A DNA stretch of 26,519 nucleotides from Candidatus Iainarchaeum sp. (GTDB taxonomy: Archaea; B1Sed10-29; WALL01), in contig JAGGYF010000041.1 in NCBI GenBank assembly GCA_021162685.1, positions 1-26,519 of the forward strand, read 5' to 3'. The position numbers were made by a program, and so were the translations under genes. The number at the start of each line of letters is the position of its first letter. Position 1 is the first letter of the stretch. A model generated the notes under the pieces. The model was not told where the DNA came from and searched no databases. It saw nothing but the letters and a program-made list of their open reading frames with translations. This document shows, piece after piece, positions 19,030-26,348 of this stretch.

Positions 19030-19764
19030 ATGAATGATGTAGTAATAGAAGCAAAGAACCTAAAAAAATACTACAAGATGGGTGAAACAATAGTAAAGGC
19101 ACTACGAGGAGCCAATATCAAAATAAAAAAGGGAAGTTTTGTCTTCATTGTTGGCCCATCTGGAAGCGGTAAATCCACACTTATGCATCTTCTTGGCGCA
19201 TTGGACCATCCAACAGGCGGCTCTGTAAAGATGGATGGGAAGGAAATAAGTAAAATGGATGACTGGGAACTCTCAATGATAAGGAGAAACAAGGTTGGTT
19301 TTATTTTCCAAACATTTAATTTGGTTCCATCACTGACTGCATTGGATAATGTTAAACTACCACTGCTTACAGACAAGAGGATAAGTGATGAAGAATTAAC
19401 CGCCAGGGCAATAAAATTACTAAAAGTTGTTGGTTTGGGTCATAGGATTTACCATACGCCAAATGAATTAAGTGGTGGGGAAAGACAGAGGGTTGCAATT
19501 GCACGTGCGCTAATAAATAATCCGGAGATCATTCTAGCAGATGAGCCAACAGGCGAGCTTGACTCAAAAACAGGTGCAGAAATATTTGAACTTATGAGAA
19601 AAATGAACAAAGAGGAAGGGAAAACGTTCATAATTGTTACGCATGACACAGAATATATAAAACATAATGACACTGTATATCACATAAAAGATGGAGTAAT
19701 CAAAGAAACGAGCAAAAGAGAGCTTGAGAAAAATGGTATGAAGGGGAAAAAAGAGATTACATAA
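19030..19764 (+). CDS. LolD/MacB-type ABC transporter ATP-binding protein
   Basis: GPSGSGKST, GFIFQTFNL, LSGGERQRVAIARAL, ILADEPTGELD, IVTHD. Confidence 0.97.
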   Translation: MNDVVIEAKNLKKYYKMGETIVKALRGANIKIKKGSFVFIVGPSGSGKSTLMHLLGALDHPTGGSVKMDGKEISKMDDWELSMIRRNKVGFIFQTFNLVPSLTALDNVKLPLLTDKRISDEELTARAIKLLKVVGLGHRIYHTPNELSGGERQRVAIARALINNPEIILADEPTGELDSKTGAEIFELMRKMNKEEGKTFIIVTHDTEYIKHNDTVYHIKDGVIKETSKRELEKNGMKGKKEIT

Positions 19765-20266
19765 GTGACTCTATCTCATCTGCGAGTTGTTTTATCCTTT
19801 TCAATACTGGGCTGTTTTTCCCAAGTTTTCTCTCAAATTTTTTCAGGGTCTCATCAATGCTCACAACCTTATTTCCCATAACGATATTGTCTGCATGTGC
19901 TATAATCTTTTCCTCAATAGTTACTGGAACCATATCTCTTTCTGGCAATCCCAACTGTTTTGCCTCTTCTGCAGTTATCCCTGCTCCTATATGTCTCTCG
20001 GCGACATCAGCGAACTTTGGGAGACCACGCGCTCGTAGTATCTCTGCTCCTATTACACCATGGTCAATGCCATGTGACCTGCTCCTTCCTATGTCATGAA
20101 GCAGTGCTGCTATCCTGACAAAATCTACATCAACGTTAATACCATTTGGTAGTATGTGATTTGCAATCCTAACTGCCTCTCTTGCAACTGTTTTTGAATG
20201 CTCAATAACATTCTCTGGAACGCCTTCTTCCCTGAGAATAAGAAGTGCTTCATCCTCTGTTATCAT
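19757..20266 (-). CDS. HD-domain phosphohydrolase (TIGR00295-like)
   Basis: VIEHS, ALLHDIGRS..HG..HG..GAEIL, AERHIGAGIT, EEKIIAHADN. Coupled to tfe by an ATGA overlap. Confidence 0.9.
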   Translation of the reverse strand: MITEDEALLILREEGVPENVIEHSKTVAREAVRIANHILPNGINVDVDFVRIAALLHDIGRSRSHGIDHGVIGAEILRARGLPKFADVAERHIGAGITAEEAKQLGLPERDMVPVTIEEKIIAHADNIVMGNKVVSIDETLKKFERKLGKNSPVLKRIKQLADEIESLM

Positions 20267-20871
20267 TTTTTCCCCTTTCTACGTGCCTTCTTCTTAGTTG
20301 TCTTCTTTTTCTTTGTGGTCTTCTTCTTTGCCTTCTTCTTAGTTGTTTTCTTTTTCTTCTTTGGTTTCAGTCGCTCTATTAGTTCCTCTATCTCCTTAAT
20401 ATCCTGCACAACTTCTTTGATTGCAGATTTGTTATCAATAATCCTTAATTCTCCACCACAATCAGGACACTTAAAATCATATTCAACAGCAAGCTCAAAC
20501 GGCAACTTCTCGCATTTATTGTCACATTCATAGAATACATAACTAGATTCGTAATCCAACTTGTCCCTGAGTTCATCAAGTTTTTGTATAAGGTGGTTCC
20601 TAACGATCTCTGCTATCTTATCGCTCCTTGCATACCATGTATATGTATACCAATTTGTCTTTTGGTTCTTCTCCCTATCGTATGCAACAAGTCCTATATA
20701 GTGTAGTTGATTAAGAACAGAACGAACAGTATTGAGTTTCAGCTTTGTCCTCTCAGATATCTTCTCATCAATAACTGGCTTTTGGCATGCCTCTAATACA
20801 GCAACACCATTCTTGCCAACAATCTCTTCAAGAAACCTGCGGATTTGTCTGCTAGATATTTTAATTGCCAT
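20263..20871 (-). CDS. tfe: Transcription factor E (TFE/TFIIE-alpha) with Lys-rich C-terminal tail
   Basis: wHTH DEKISERTKLKLNTVRSVLNQL, NWYTYTW, Zn ribbon FYEC...FELAVEYDFKCPDCGGEL..IDN, followed by a KKKKKTTKKKA tail. Confidence 0.93.
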   Translation of the reverse strand: MAIKISSRQIRRFLEEIVGKNGVAVLEACQKPVIDEKISERTKLKLNTVRSVLNQLHYIGLVAYDREKNQKTNWYTYTWYARSDKIAEIVRNHLIQKLDELRDKLDYESSYVFYECDNKCEKLPFELAVEYDFKCPDCGGELRIIDNKSAIKEVVQDIKEIEELIERLKPKKKKKTTKKKAKKKTTKKKKTTKKKARRKGKK

Positions 20872-20965
20872 TGCTCATAATTTTGTTTAGAGAAGTATAT
20901 TAAGATATTGTCAAGGGAATATGTTAAATATTTATATTATCTAATGCATAAAAATACTCTCTGTT

Positions 20966-21071
20966 GGGCCTGTAGCTCAGTCTGCTTTCGGTCATTAAGA
21001 CTGAATGCCTGAAATGGCAGAGCACGAGGCTCTTAACCTCGGTGTCGCGGGTTCAAATCCCGTCAGGCCCT
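20966..21071 (+). tRNA. tRNA-Lys(CTT) with 32-nt D-loop intron (20983-21014)
   Basis: Acceptor GGGCCTG/CAGGCCC, anticodon arm CGAGG-CTCTTAA-CCTCG, T arm GCGGG-TTCAAAT-CCCGT. Removing 20983-21014 restores D arm GCTC-AGTCTGGCA-GAGC. Confidence 0.92.
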
Positions 21072-21074
21072 TAT

Positions 21075-21185
21075 GCGCCTGTAGTCTAGTCTGGTTAGGA
21101 CTCAAGCTTGCCAAACAAAAAGCCTCTGAGACACAGAGGAAGATGCAAAGAGCTTGCGGCCCGGGTTCAAATCCCGGCAGGCGCA
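21075..21185 (+). tRNA. tRNA-Gly(GCC) with 37-nt canonical 37/38 intron (21114-21150)
   Basis: Acceptor GCGCCTG/CAGGCGC-A, anticodon arm CAAGC-TTGCCA|A-GCTTG, BHB central helix TTGC/GCAA, intron hairpin CCTCTG/CAGAGG. Confidence 0.93.
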
Positions 21186-21200
21186 CTCTCTTTTTTATAT
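21186..21200 (+). terminator. Oligo-T archaeal terminator after the tRNA-Lys/tRNA-Gly pair
   Basis: CTCTCTTTTTTATAT immediately after the discriminator base. Confidence 0.5.
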
Positions 21201-21223
21201 TAGTTCTTTTTAACTAGTATCAT

Positions 21224-22855
21224 ATGAAAAATGTTGTTATTCTCCTGTTGCTGTTAGCAGGTATTTGTTCAGCACAGGGTTTCCAGGTGAGTAACGTAGG
21301 ATATGCAAACATAACAATGGTGATCTCTGGTGAAGCTTCAAAAGACCAAATAGTTTATGTGCCAGCAACAGACTCCAGACAAACTGTTGAATTTCCAAAA
21401 GGATTAGATATAAAAAAGGACGAGTATGGGAATAATTACATCATAGTAAATGGTCCATATTCCTACACTTTTAAGATAAGAGTTAATGGGATGAGACCAA
21501 TCATTACAAGGGACCAATCATTCCCAATAAGTGAGAAGAGGCTTGAGGAATACCTCAGGGACAGCAACTATGTTGTTGTTAGTGACCCTGACACACAGAA
21601 GTGGGCCAGAAGCATAACATCAAGATCAGGAAGTGTGCTTGAGGCAATGACAGACCTCATGCTCTGGGTTAATTCATACGCCACATACGACCAAAACTAT
21701 GGCGGTTCTCTACTATCAAGCAAAGAGGTTTTGAAAACGAGAAAGGGATGGTGTGGAGAATTCTCAAATCTCTATACAGCAATGGCTCGCTATCTGAACA
21801 TACCTACAAGGATAACCACTGGGATGATATATACTGGTTCAAGATGGGTGAGACATGGGTGGGCAGAGAGTTATGTGAATGGAGCATGGGTGCCAGTTGA
21901 TGGAACATATGGTGAGATCGGCCATATAAACGCCCTCCACGTGAAATTATATTCTGCACCAACCTATCTATTCTACTTGCTCCCAGACACAGTAGAAAGA
22001 ATAACAATAACTGACTTTGAGGTGGCACCATATGACCCACCCATAGAAGTGGAAGCAAATCTCTCCTCTGAAGTCGTTGCTCCAAGGAGTATATTTTATC
22101 TAAGGATGAATGTAACAAATAAAGGAAAGAGTATATTTATGCCAACATACTACGCACAAAAAACTGTTGGCATAGAACTTGTTGATGAATTCAGGAAAAG
22201 TGTTATACTGCACCCAAATGAAACAAAACAACTTGAGTGGAAATTTATAGCGCCGTTTGGAGAACGTGACAAGTACTATGTTATGCTTGGTGGTCCTGGT
22301 GTTGAGATGAAATTTCCGCTCATTGTTGATCCGAATGCAAAAGCAGAATTGGAGGAAGGATTTGATATCTCTGGAGTATTCAATCACATAGAAGGGAATG
22401 AGTTGGTCATAGAGTTCACAGTTGAAAACACAGGTAATAGAAATCTTAGAGACGTTGTAGTTAGTGTAATAACTGATAGACTTGGTACCCAGCAGAGAAC
22501 AATTGAATTAAGAGTTGGTGAGAAAAAACATATGTCGTTCAAATATCCTGTGAGCGAGGGAGTATACTCATTTGAGATACGCGTGGAAAAAGACGGTAAA
22601 ATAAAGAACAGTTTTGGCACTGCAATAGTGCCAAAAACAGAGGCAAAACCAGAGGAAAGTTTATTAAACTCAATAATTAAATATCTATACCTGAACGCGC
22701 CTACACTCTTCCTCATATTTGTAATTGGTGTGGCTGGTGTTGTCCTTCTGATATTATTTGTACCAACAATAGAGGGACCCAAAACGCCGTTTGGAGAAAA
22801 GGAGGAGTGGGAAAAACTATTAAAACTAGAAAAGAAAAAAGAAGAGCGGCCATAG
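21224..22855 (+). CDS. Secreted, membrane-anchored transglutaminase-like (Cys-His-Asp) protein with Ig/CARDB domains
   Basis: Signal peptide, GWCGEFSNLYTAMARYLNIPTRITTG, RHGWAESY, WVPVDGT, VENTGNRNL CARDB-like unit, C-terminal TM. Confidence 0.9.
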   Translation: MKNVVILLLLLAGICSAQGFQVSNVGYANITMVISGEASKDQIVYVPATDSRQTVEFPKGLDIKKDEYGNNYIIVNGPYSYTFKIRVNGMRPIITRDQSFPISEKRLEEYLRDSNYVVVSDPDTQKWARSITSRSGSVLEAMTDLMLWVNSYATYDQNYGGSLLSSKEVLKTRKGWCGEFSNLYTAMARYLNIPTRITTGMIYTGSRWVRHGWAESYVNGAWVPVDGTYGEIGHINALHVKLYSAPTYLFYLLPDTVERITITDFEVAPYDPPIEVEANLSSEVVAPRSIFYLRMNVTNKGKSIFMPTYYAQKTVGIELVDEFRKSVILHPNETKQLEWKFIAPFGERDKYYVMLGGPGVEMKFPLIVDPNAKAELEEGFDISGVFNHIEGNELVIEFTVENTGNRNLRDVVVSVITDRLGTQQRTIELRVGEKKHMSFKYPVSEGVYSFEIRVEKDGKIKNSFGTAIVPKTEAKPEESLLNSIIKYLYLNAPTLFLIFVIGVAGVVLLILFVPTIEGPKTPFGEKEEWEKLLKLEKKKEERP

Positions 22856-22919
22856 TCTAGTCTGGTTAGGACAGTGGCCTTCCAAGCCACTGACCCGGGT
22901 TCAAATCCCGGTGGCCGCA
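22846..22919 (+). tRNA. tRNA-Gly(TCC)
   Basis: Acceptor GCGGCCA/TGGCCGC-A, anticodon arm GTGGC-CTTCCAA-GCCAC, T arm CCGGG-TTCAAAT-CCCGG. Confidence 0.96.
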
Positions 22920-22925
22920 TATGTT

Positions 22926-22999
22926 GAGGCGGTAGCTCAGCCCGGGAGAGCGCCAGGCTGAAGACCTGGGTGTCGGGGGTTCGAATCCCTCCCGCCTCA
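22926..22999 (+). tRNA. tRNA-Phe(GAA)
   Basis: Acceptor GAGGCGG/CCGCCTC-A, anticodon arm CCAGG-CTGAAGA-CCTGG, T loop TTCGAAT. Confidence 0.95.
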
Positions 23000-23022
23000 C
23001 TTCTTGTTCTCAAAAGATTATA

Positions 23023-23036
23023 GAAAACTTTAAATA
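23023..23036 (+). promoter_or_regulatory. BRE-TATA promoter for the Lys-rich micro-gene
   Basis: GAAAAC-TTTAAATA matches the archaeal BRE/TATA consensus and lies about 70 nt upstream of GTG 23105. Confidence 0.6.
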
Positions 23037-23104
23037 CCCAAAGGGTTTAATTTGGTTTAGTTCTTTTGTTGAACGTGCGGAACAAGAAATGGGAGGTGAA
23101 TGTT

Positions 23105-23221
23105 GTGCCGGCAAGGAAGAAAAAGAAGACAACTAAGAAGAAGAAAGCAACAAAGAAGAAGACAAAGAAGAAGACCACAAAGAAAAAGAAGACAACTAAG
23201 AAGAAGAAAAGGAAGAAGTGA
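23105..23221 (+). CDS. Unannotated 38-aa Lys/Thr-rich basic peptide (histone H1-tail/protamine-like composition)
   Basis: SD GGAGGTGA, GTG start, MPARKKKKTTKKKKATKKKTKKKTTKKKKTTKKKKRKK* (24 K + 2 R). Upstream TATA and downstream hairpin. Confidence 0.85.
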   Translation: MPARKKKKTTKKKKATKKKTKKKTTKKKKTTKKKKRKK

Positions 23222-23232
23222 GAATCCTCATA

Positions 23233-23256
23233 AGCCGGTCGCATGAGTGACCGGCT
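23233..23256. terminator. GC-rich hairpin between convergent genes (terminator or 3' stability element)
   Basis: AGCCGGTCGC-ATGA-GTGACCGGCT, a 10-bp stem with one G-U pair. Confidence 0.6.
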
Positions 23257-23257
23257 G

Positions 23258-23608
23258 CTATTTATTTATGAGCATATACAACCCTGCCAGAAGTATTAAT
23301 AACAGCAGAACAGCAAATGCCAGAAAAAGCGCCTTTTCCACTGTTTTCTCCTGTTTTTTCATCTTTTTCTCAACAGTGGTTGCAACAGCCCTACCCTGCT
23401 CCACATCCCTTCTTATGCTTGCGCCAAATTGTTTTGAGAGTATATCCTCATCTACATGGGTCTTCTTTTTACCCTTTTTGATGTTTGATATCTCCCTTGC
23501 AATCTCTTGCGCTGAATAGCCCTTGTCCATAAAGTATTGCATAATCTGAGATTCGCTTATTCCCTTATCCATGAACGTCCTAAGTGTTTCCTTATCGCTT
23601 TCATCCAT
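23258..23608 (-). CDS. Hypothetical tail-anchored protein
   Basis: Likely start MDESDK (GGTG upstream). N-terminal KGISESQIMQYFMDKGYSAQEI motif and C-terminal TM. Confidence 0.7.
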   Translation of the reverse strand: MDESDKETLRTFMDKGISESQIMQYFMDKGYSAQEIAREISNIKKGKKKTHVDEDILSKQFGASIRRDVEQGRAVATTVEKKMKKQEKTVEKALFLAFAVLLLLILLAGLYMLINK

Positions 23609-23616
23609 CAAAACAC

Positions 23617-24201
23617 CTATGTGCATTTGAATCCGTCTGGTAACGTGTTCTCGCTAGTTACTACATATGTTTTTCCCTTCTCAAAATTACCAACACAAAC
23701 AATCTGTTTCTCCCATCCTGGGTATATCGTAACCTTTGGTGTGCATGTTGCTCCATCAACACTAAACTCTGATTCTGGTAATGTCGTACCCTCCATGTTC
23801 TTTATGCCAAGCACCACCTCATTATTAGAGCATGAGATAACTCTTACAGCAATGCCCCATTTCACTGTTGGTTTTGATATGTCCTGTAATGCTTGCCAAG
23901 CTGTTGGTCCAAACCATGCTACAACACTGATAATAATTCCCACCAGACAGATTATAAGTATGACCATGGGTAACGACGTATGGAACCTTCTCCTTTTCAC
24001 CATTGGTATGACGATGTCTCTCTGCGGTATCTCCTCTTTTTTCTTCTTTGGCATATTTTTTATGGTCTCCTCTGCATTCAATATCTCTTCCTTTATCTCA
24101 TTACGGGAATAGCCGAGAACCCTAAATATCTTTATGATCTTCTCATCTGGTTCTCCTCTTATCTTCATGTCAACAATACGTTTTCTGTCCTTTGGGTCCA
24201 T
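23617..24201 (-). CDS. Hypothetical single-pass membrane protein with Cys-containing beta-rich C-terminal domain
   Basis: Likely start MDPKDRK at 24201, since the longer ORF overlaps serS and its promoter. Motif RGEPDEKIIKIFRVLGYSRNEI, central TM, four Cys downstream. Confidence 0.7.
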   Translation of the reverse strand: MDPKDRKRIVDMKIRGEPDEKIIKIFRVLGYSRNEIKEEILNAEETIKNMPKKKKEEIPQRDIVIPMVKRRRFHTSLPMVILIICLVGIIISVVAWFGPTAWQALQDISKPTVKWGIAVRVISCSNNEVVLGIKNMEGTTLPESEFSVDGATCTPKVTIYPGWEKQIVCVGNFEKGKTYVVTSENTLPDGFKCT

Positions 24202-24276
24202 ATATCTAAAACTATGTGCTCTCTGTTTAAAAATATAACATTTTATATAAAGGCATGAATAATATATGGGGGTAAC

Positions 24277-25545
24277 ATGCTTGACATAAAAATGATAAGG
24301 GAGCACCCTGAGATTGTTTCCAATGACCTAAAAAAGAGGGGTCTCACTACAGAGCTACTTGACAAAGTTATTGATATGGACAAGAAATGGAGAGAGTACG
24401 TAAAAAAGAGGGATGAACTAAAACATAGAAAAAATGTTGTGACATCTGAAATTGCTGATATGAAAAAAAGGGGGGAAGATGCAACCAAAGAGATAAATGA
24501 GATGAAAGAAATAAACAGGAAGATTGAAGAGATTGATAAAAAAACAAAAGAACTGCTTAGAGAAAGGGATACATTGCTGATGAGGATCCCAAATATACTA
24601 CATGATAGCGTGCCAATAGGTAGGGATGATAAGGATAACGTTGAGATCAGAAGATGGGGGAAGCCAAAACAATTCACATTTGAAGTAAGAAATCATGGAG
24701 AGCTTGCTGAGTCGCTTGGTGTTGGAGATTGGGAGCATGCAGCAAAAATCGCTGGCGCTGGTTTTGTGTACCTAAAAGGGGCGCTTGCTCTACTTGACCA
24801 GGCACTTATACAATTTGCCATTCATGAACTCATCAAGAAACACTACACCCCCGTCTTCCCTCCATTCATGATGAGGAGGAAACCCTATGAGGGTGTAACA
24901 GACCTAGAAGATTTTGAGAACGTTATGTACAAAATAGAGGATGAGGATTTGTACATGATCGCGACATCAGAGCATCCTTTGGTAGCAATGTTTATGAATG
25001 AAGTCATAGCAGAGGAATCACTACCAATAAAGATGTGTGGTATCTCAGCAAACTTCAGAAAGGAAATTGGTTCACATGGAGTTGACACAAAAGGGTTGTT
25101 TAGAATGCATCAGTTCAACAAGGTTGAACAGATTATTCTATCAAAACCAGAAGAGTCATGGGAATATCATGAAGAACTAATAAAAAACGCAGAGGAGATA
25201 TTCCAAAAACTTGAACTTCCATATAGAGTAGTGAACGTCTGTACAGGGGATATAGGCACTGTTGCAGCTAAAAAATATGATTTAGAGGTGTGGTCGCCAA
25301 GACAGAATAGATATATTGAAGCGGTCTCTTGTTCTAACTGCACAGACTACCAAGCCAGAAGATTGAACATAAAGTATGGAAAGAGGGGTGGAGAAACAAA
25401 CCTTGTCCATACATTGAACAGCACTGCTATAGCAACATCAAGGGCAATGGTCGCAATTCTTGAGAACTTCCAAAATGAGGATGGAACTGTAACCATACCT
25501 AAGGCATTAAGGCCGTATATGCATGGCATAGATGTGATAAAATGA
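24277..25545 (+). CDS. serS: Serine--tRNA ligase (bacterial/standard type)
   Basis: MLDIKMIRE, IPNILHDSVPIG, LYMIATSEHPL, FRKEIGSHGVDTKGLFRMHQFNKVEQ, SCSNCTDYQARRL, HTLNSTAIATSR. Confidence 0.98.
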   Translation: MLDIKMIREHPEIVSNDLKKRGLTTELLDKVIDMDKKWREYVKKRDELKHRKNVVTSEIADMKKRGEDATKEINEMKEINRKIEEIDKKTKELLRERDTLLMRIPNILHDSVPIGRDDKDNVEIRRWGKPKQFTFEVRNHGELAESLGVGDWEHAAKIAGAGFVYLKGALALLDQALIQFAIHELIKKHYTPVFPPFMMRRKPYEGVTDLEDFENVMYKIEDEDLYMIATSEHPLVAMFMNEVIAEESLPIKMCGISANFRKEIGSHGVDTKGLFRMHQFNKVEQIILSKPEESWEYHEELIKNAEEIFQKLELPYRVVNVCTGDIGTVAAKKYDLEVWSPRQNRYIEAVSCSNCTDYQARRLNIKYGKRGGETNLVHTLNSTAIATSRAMVAILENFQNEDGTVTIPKALRPYMHGIDVIK

Positions 25546-26348
25546 AATTTGTTGTTTTGGGTTCTGGTGGTGCCATCCCTGCTCCTATCCCGTGCTGTTT
25601 CTCTGGTGAAAGTAGGTACTATAAAGAAAACATGATATACAGGACTGGTCCTTCTATTTACCTATATAATGCATCCGTGCTCTTTGATACCCCAGAGGAA
25701 ATAAGATGGCAATTGAATAGAGAAAGCATTCGCTCACTAAAGCATCTCTTCTACACGCATTGGCATCCAGACCATACTGCTGGTATTAGGATTATTGAGC
25801 ATGTTGGGAGAATCTCTAAAAGGCCCATTGATGTTTATATACCAAATGATGTTATGATAGATTTTGAAGCATTTGGTCTCACAAAACACTTGGCATATTT
25901 TGAAAAGAAGAAGTGGATGAAACTGAATATTATCAAAGACAGGGAACCGATAAAGATTGATGGTATTACCATAACACCATTAAATCTCTACAGGAATGAC
26001 AGGACAAGATATGCATATAAAGTATCCCAAAGGAAAAAGAGTATTGTTTATGCTCCATGCAGCACATACCAAATGAAAGTTGATAAGCTCTATGACGATC
26101 TTGACGTCATGCTCTTAGAATGTGGATTTTATGGAAACAGAGAAAAATTGAAGAAAAAGTATCCCTGGGTTTTGGACCACATAAGTCTGGGGGAGAGCAT
26201 AGAACTACTTAACAGGATAAAGGCGAAAAGGAGCATACTCACTCACATAGAGGGGATAAAGCCAGGACCAACAACAAAACAGTTGCAGGATGCAGTAAAA
26301 GGCACGAACATTGAGATAGCATATGATGGCATGAAAATAACATTATAA
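25542..26348 (+). CDS. Metallo-beta-lactamase fold hydrolase (PhnP-like)
   Basis: LGSGGA.PAPIPCC, LFDTPE, THWHPDHTAG (HxHxDH), DHIS, ILTHI, AYDGMKI. Confidence 0.9.
   Translation: MKFVVLGSGGAIPAPIPCCFSGESRYYKENMIYRTGPSIYLYNASVLFDTPEEIRWQLNRESIRSLKHLFYTHWHPDHTAGIRIIEHVGRISKRPIDVYIPNDVMIDFEAFGLTKHLAYFEKKKWMKLNIIKDREPIKIDGITITPLNLYRNDRTRYAYKVSQRKKSIVYAPCSTYQMKVDKLYDDLDVMLLECGFYGNREKLKKKYPWVLDHISLGESIELLNRIKAKRSILTHIEGIKPGPTTKQLQDAVKGTNIEIAYDGMKITL

Noticed and set aside
20985-21016. Alternative tRNA-Lys intron placements (17a/18 or 18/19) and a nested-intron reading using AGTC/GACT
   Set aside because: The shifted placements give the same mature tRNA but lack a 4-bp central helix. The nested reading does not restore a normal D loop.
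20995-21217. Short ORFs (63 and 70 aa) on both strands
   Set aside because: They lie within the tRNA-Lys and tRNA-Gly genes.
21075-22919. Two tRNA-Gly genes with similar D and T arms flanking the transglutaminase gene, as possible att sites of an integrated element
   Set aside because: Both are complete tRNAs with different anticodons and acceptor stems, and no integrase is present.
22384-23013. 209-aa minus-strand ORF
   Set aside because: Antisense to two tRNAs and the transglutaminase CDS.
23047-23244. 65-aa Phe/Val-rich minus-strand ORF
   Set aside because: Antisense shadow of the Lys-rich gene. SD and TATA are on the + strand.
24202-24306. N-terminal extension of the 229-aa minus ORF
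   Set aside because: It runs through the AT-rich divergent promoter region and overlaps serS. ATG 24201 is the plausible start.
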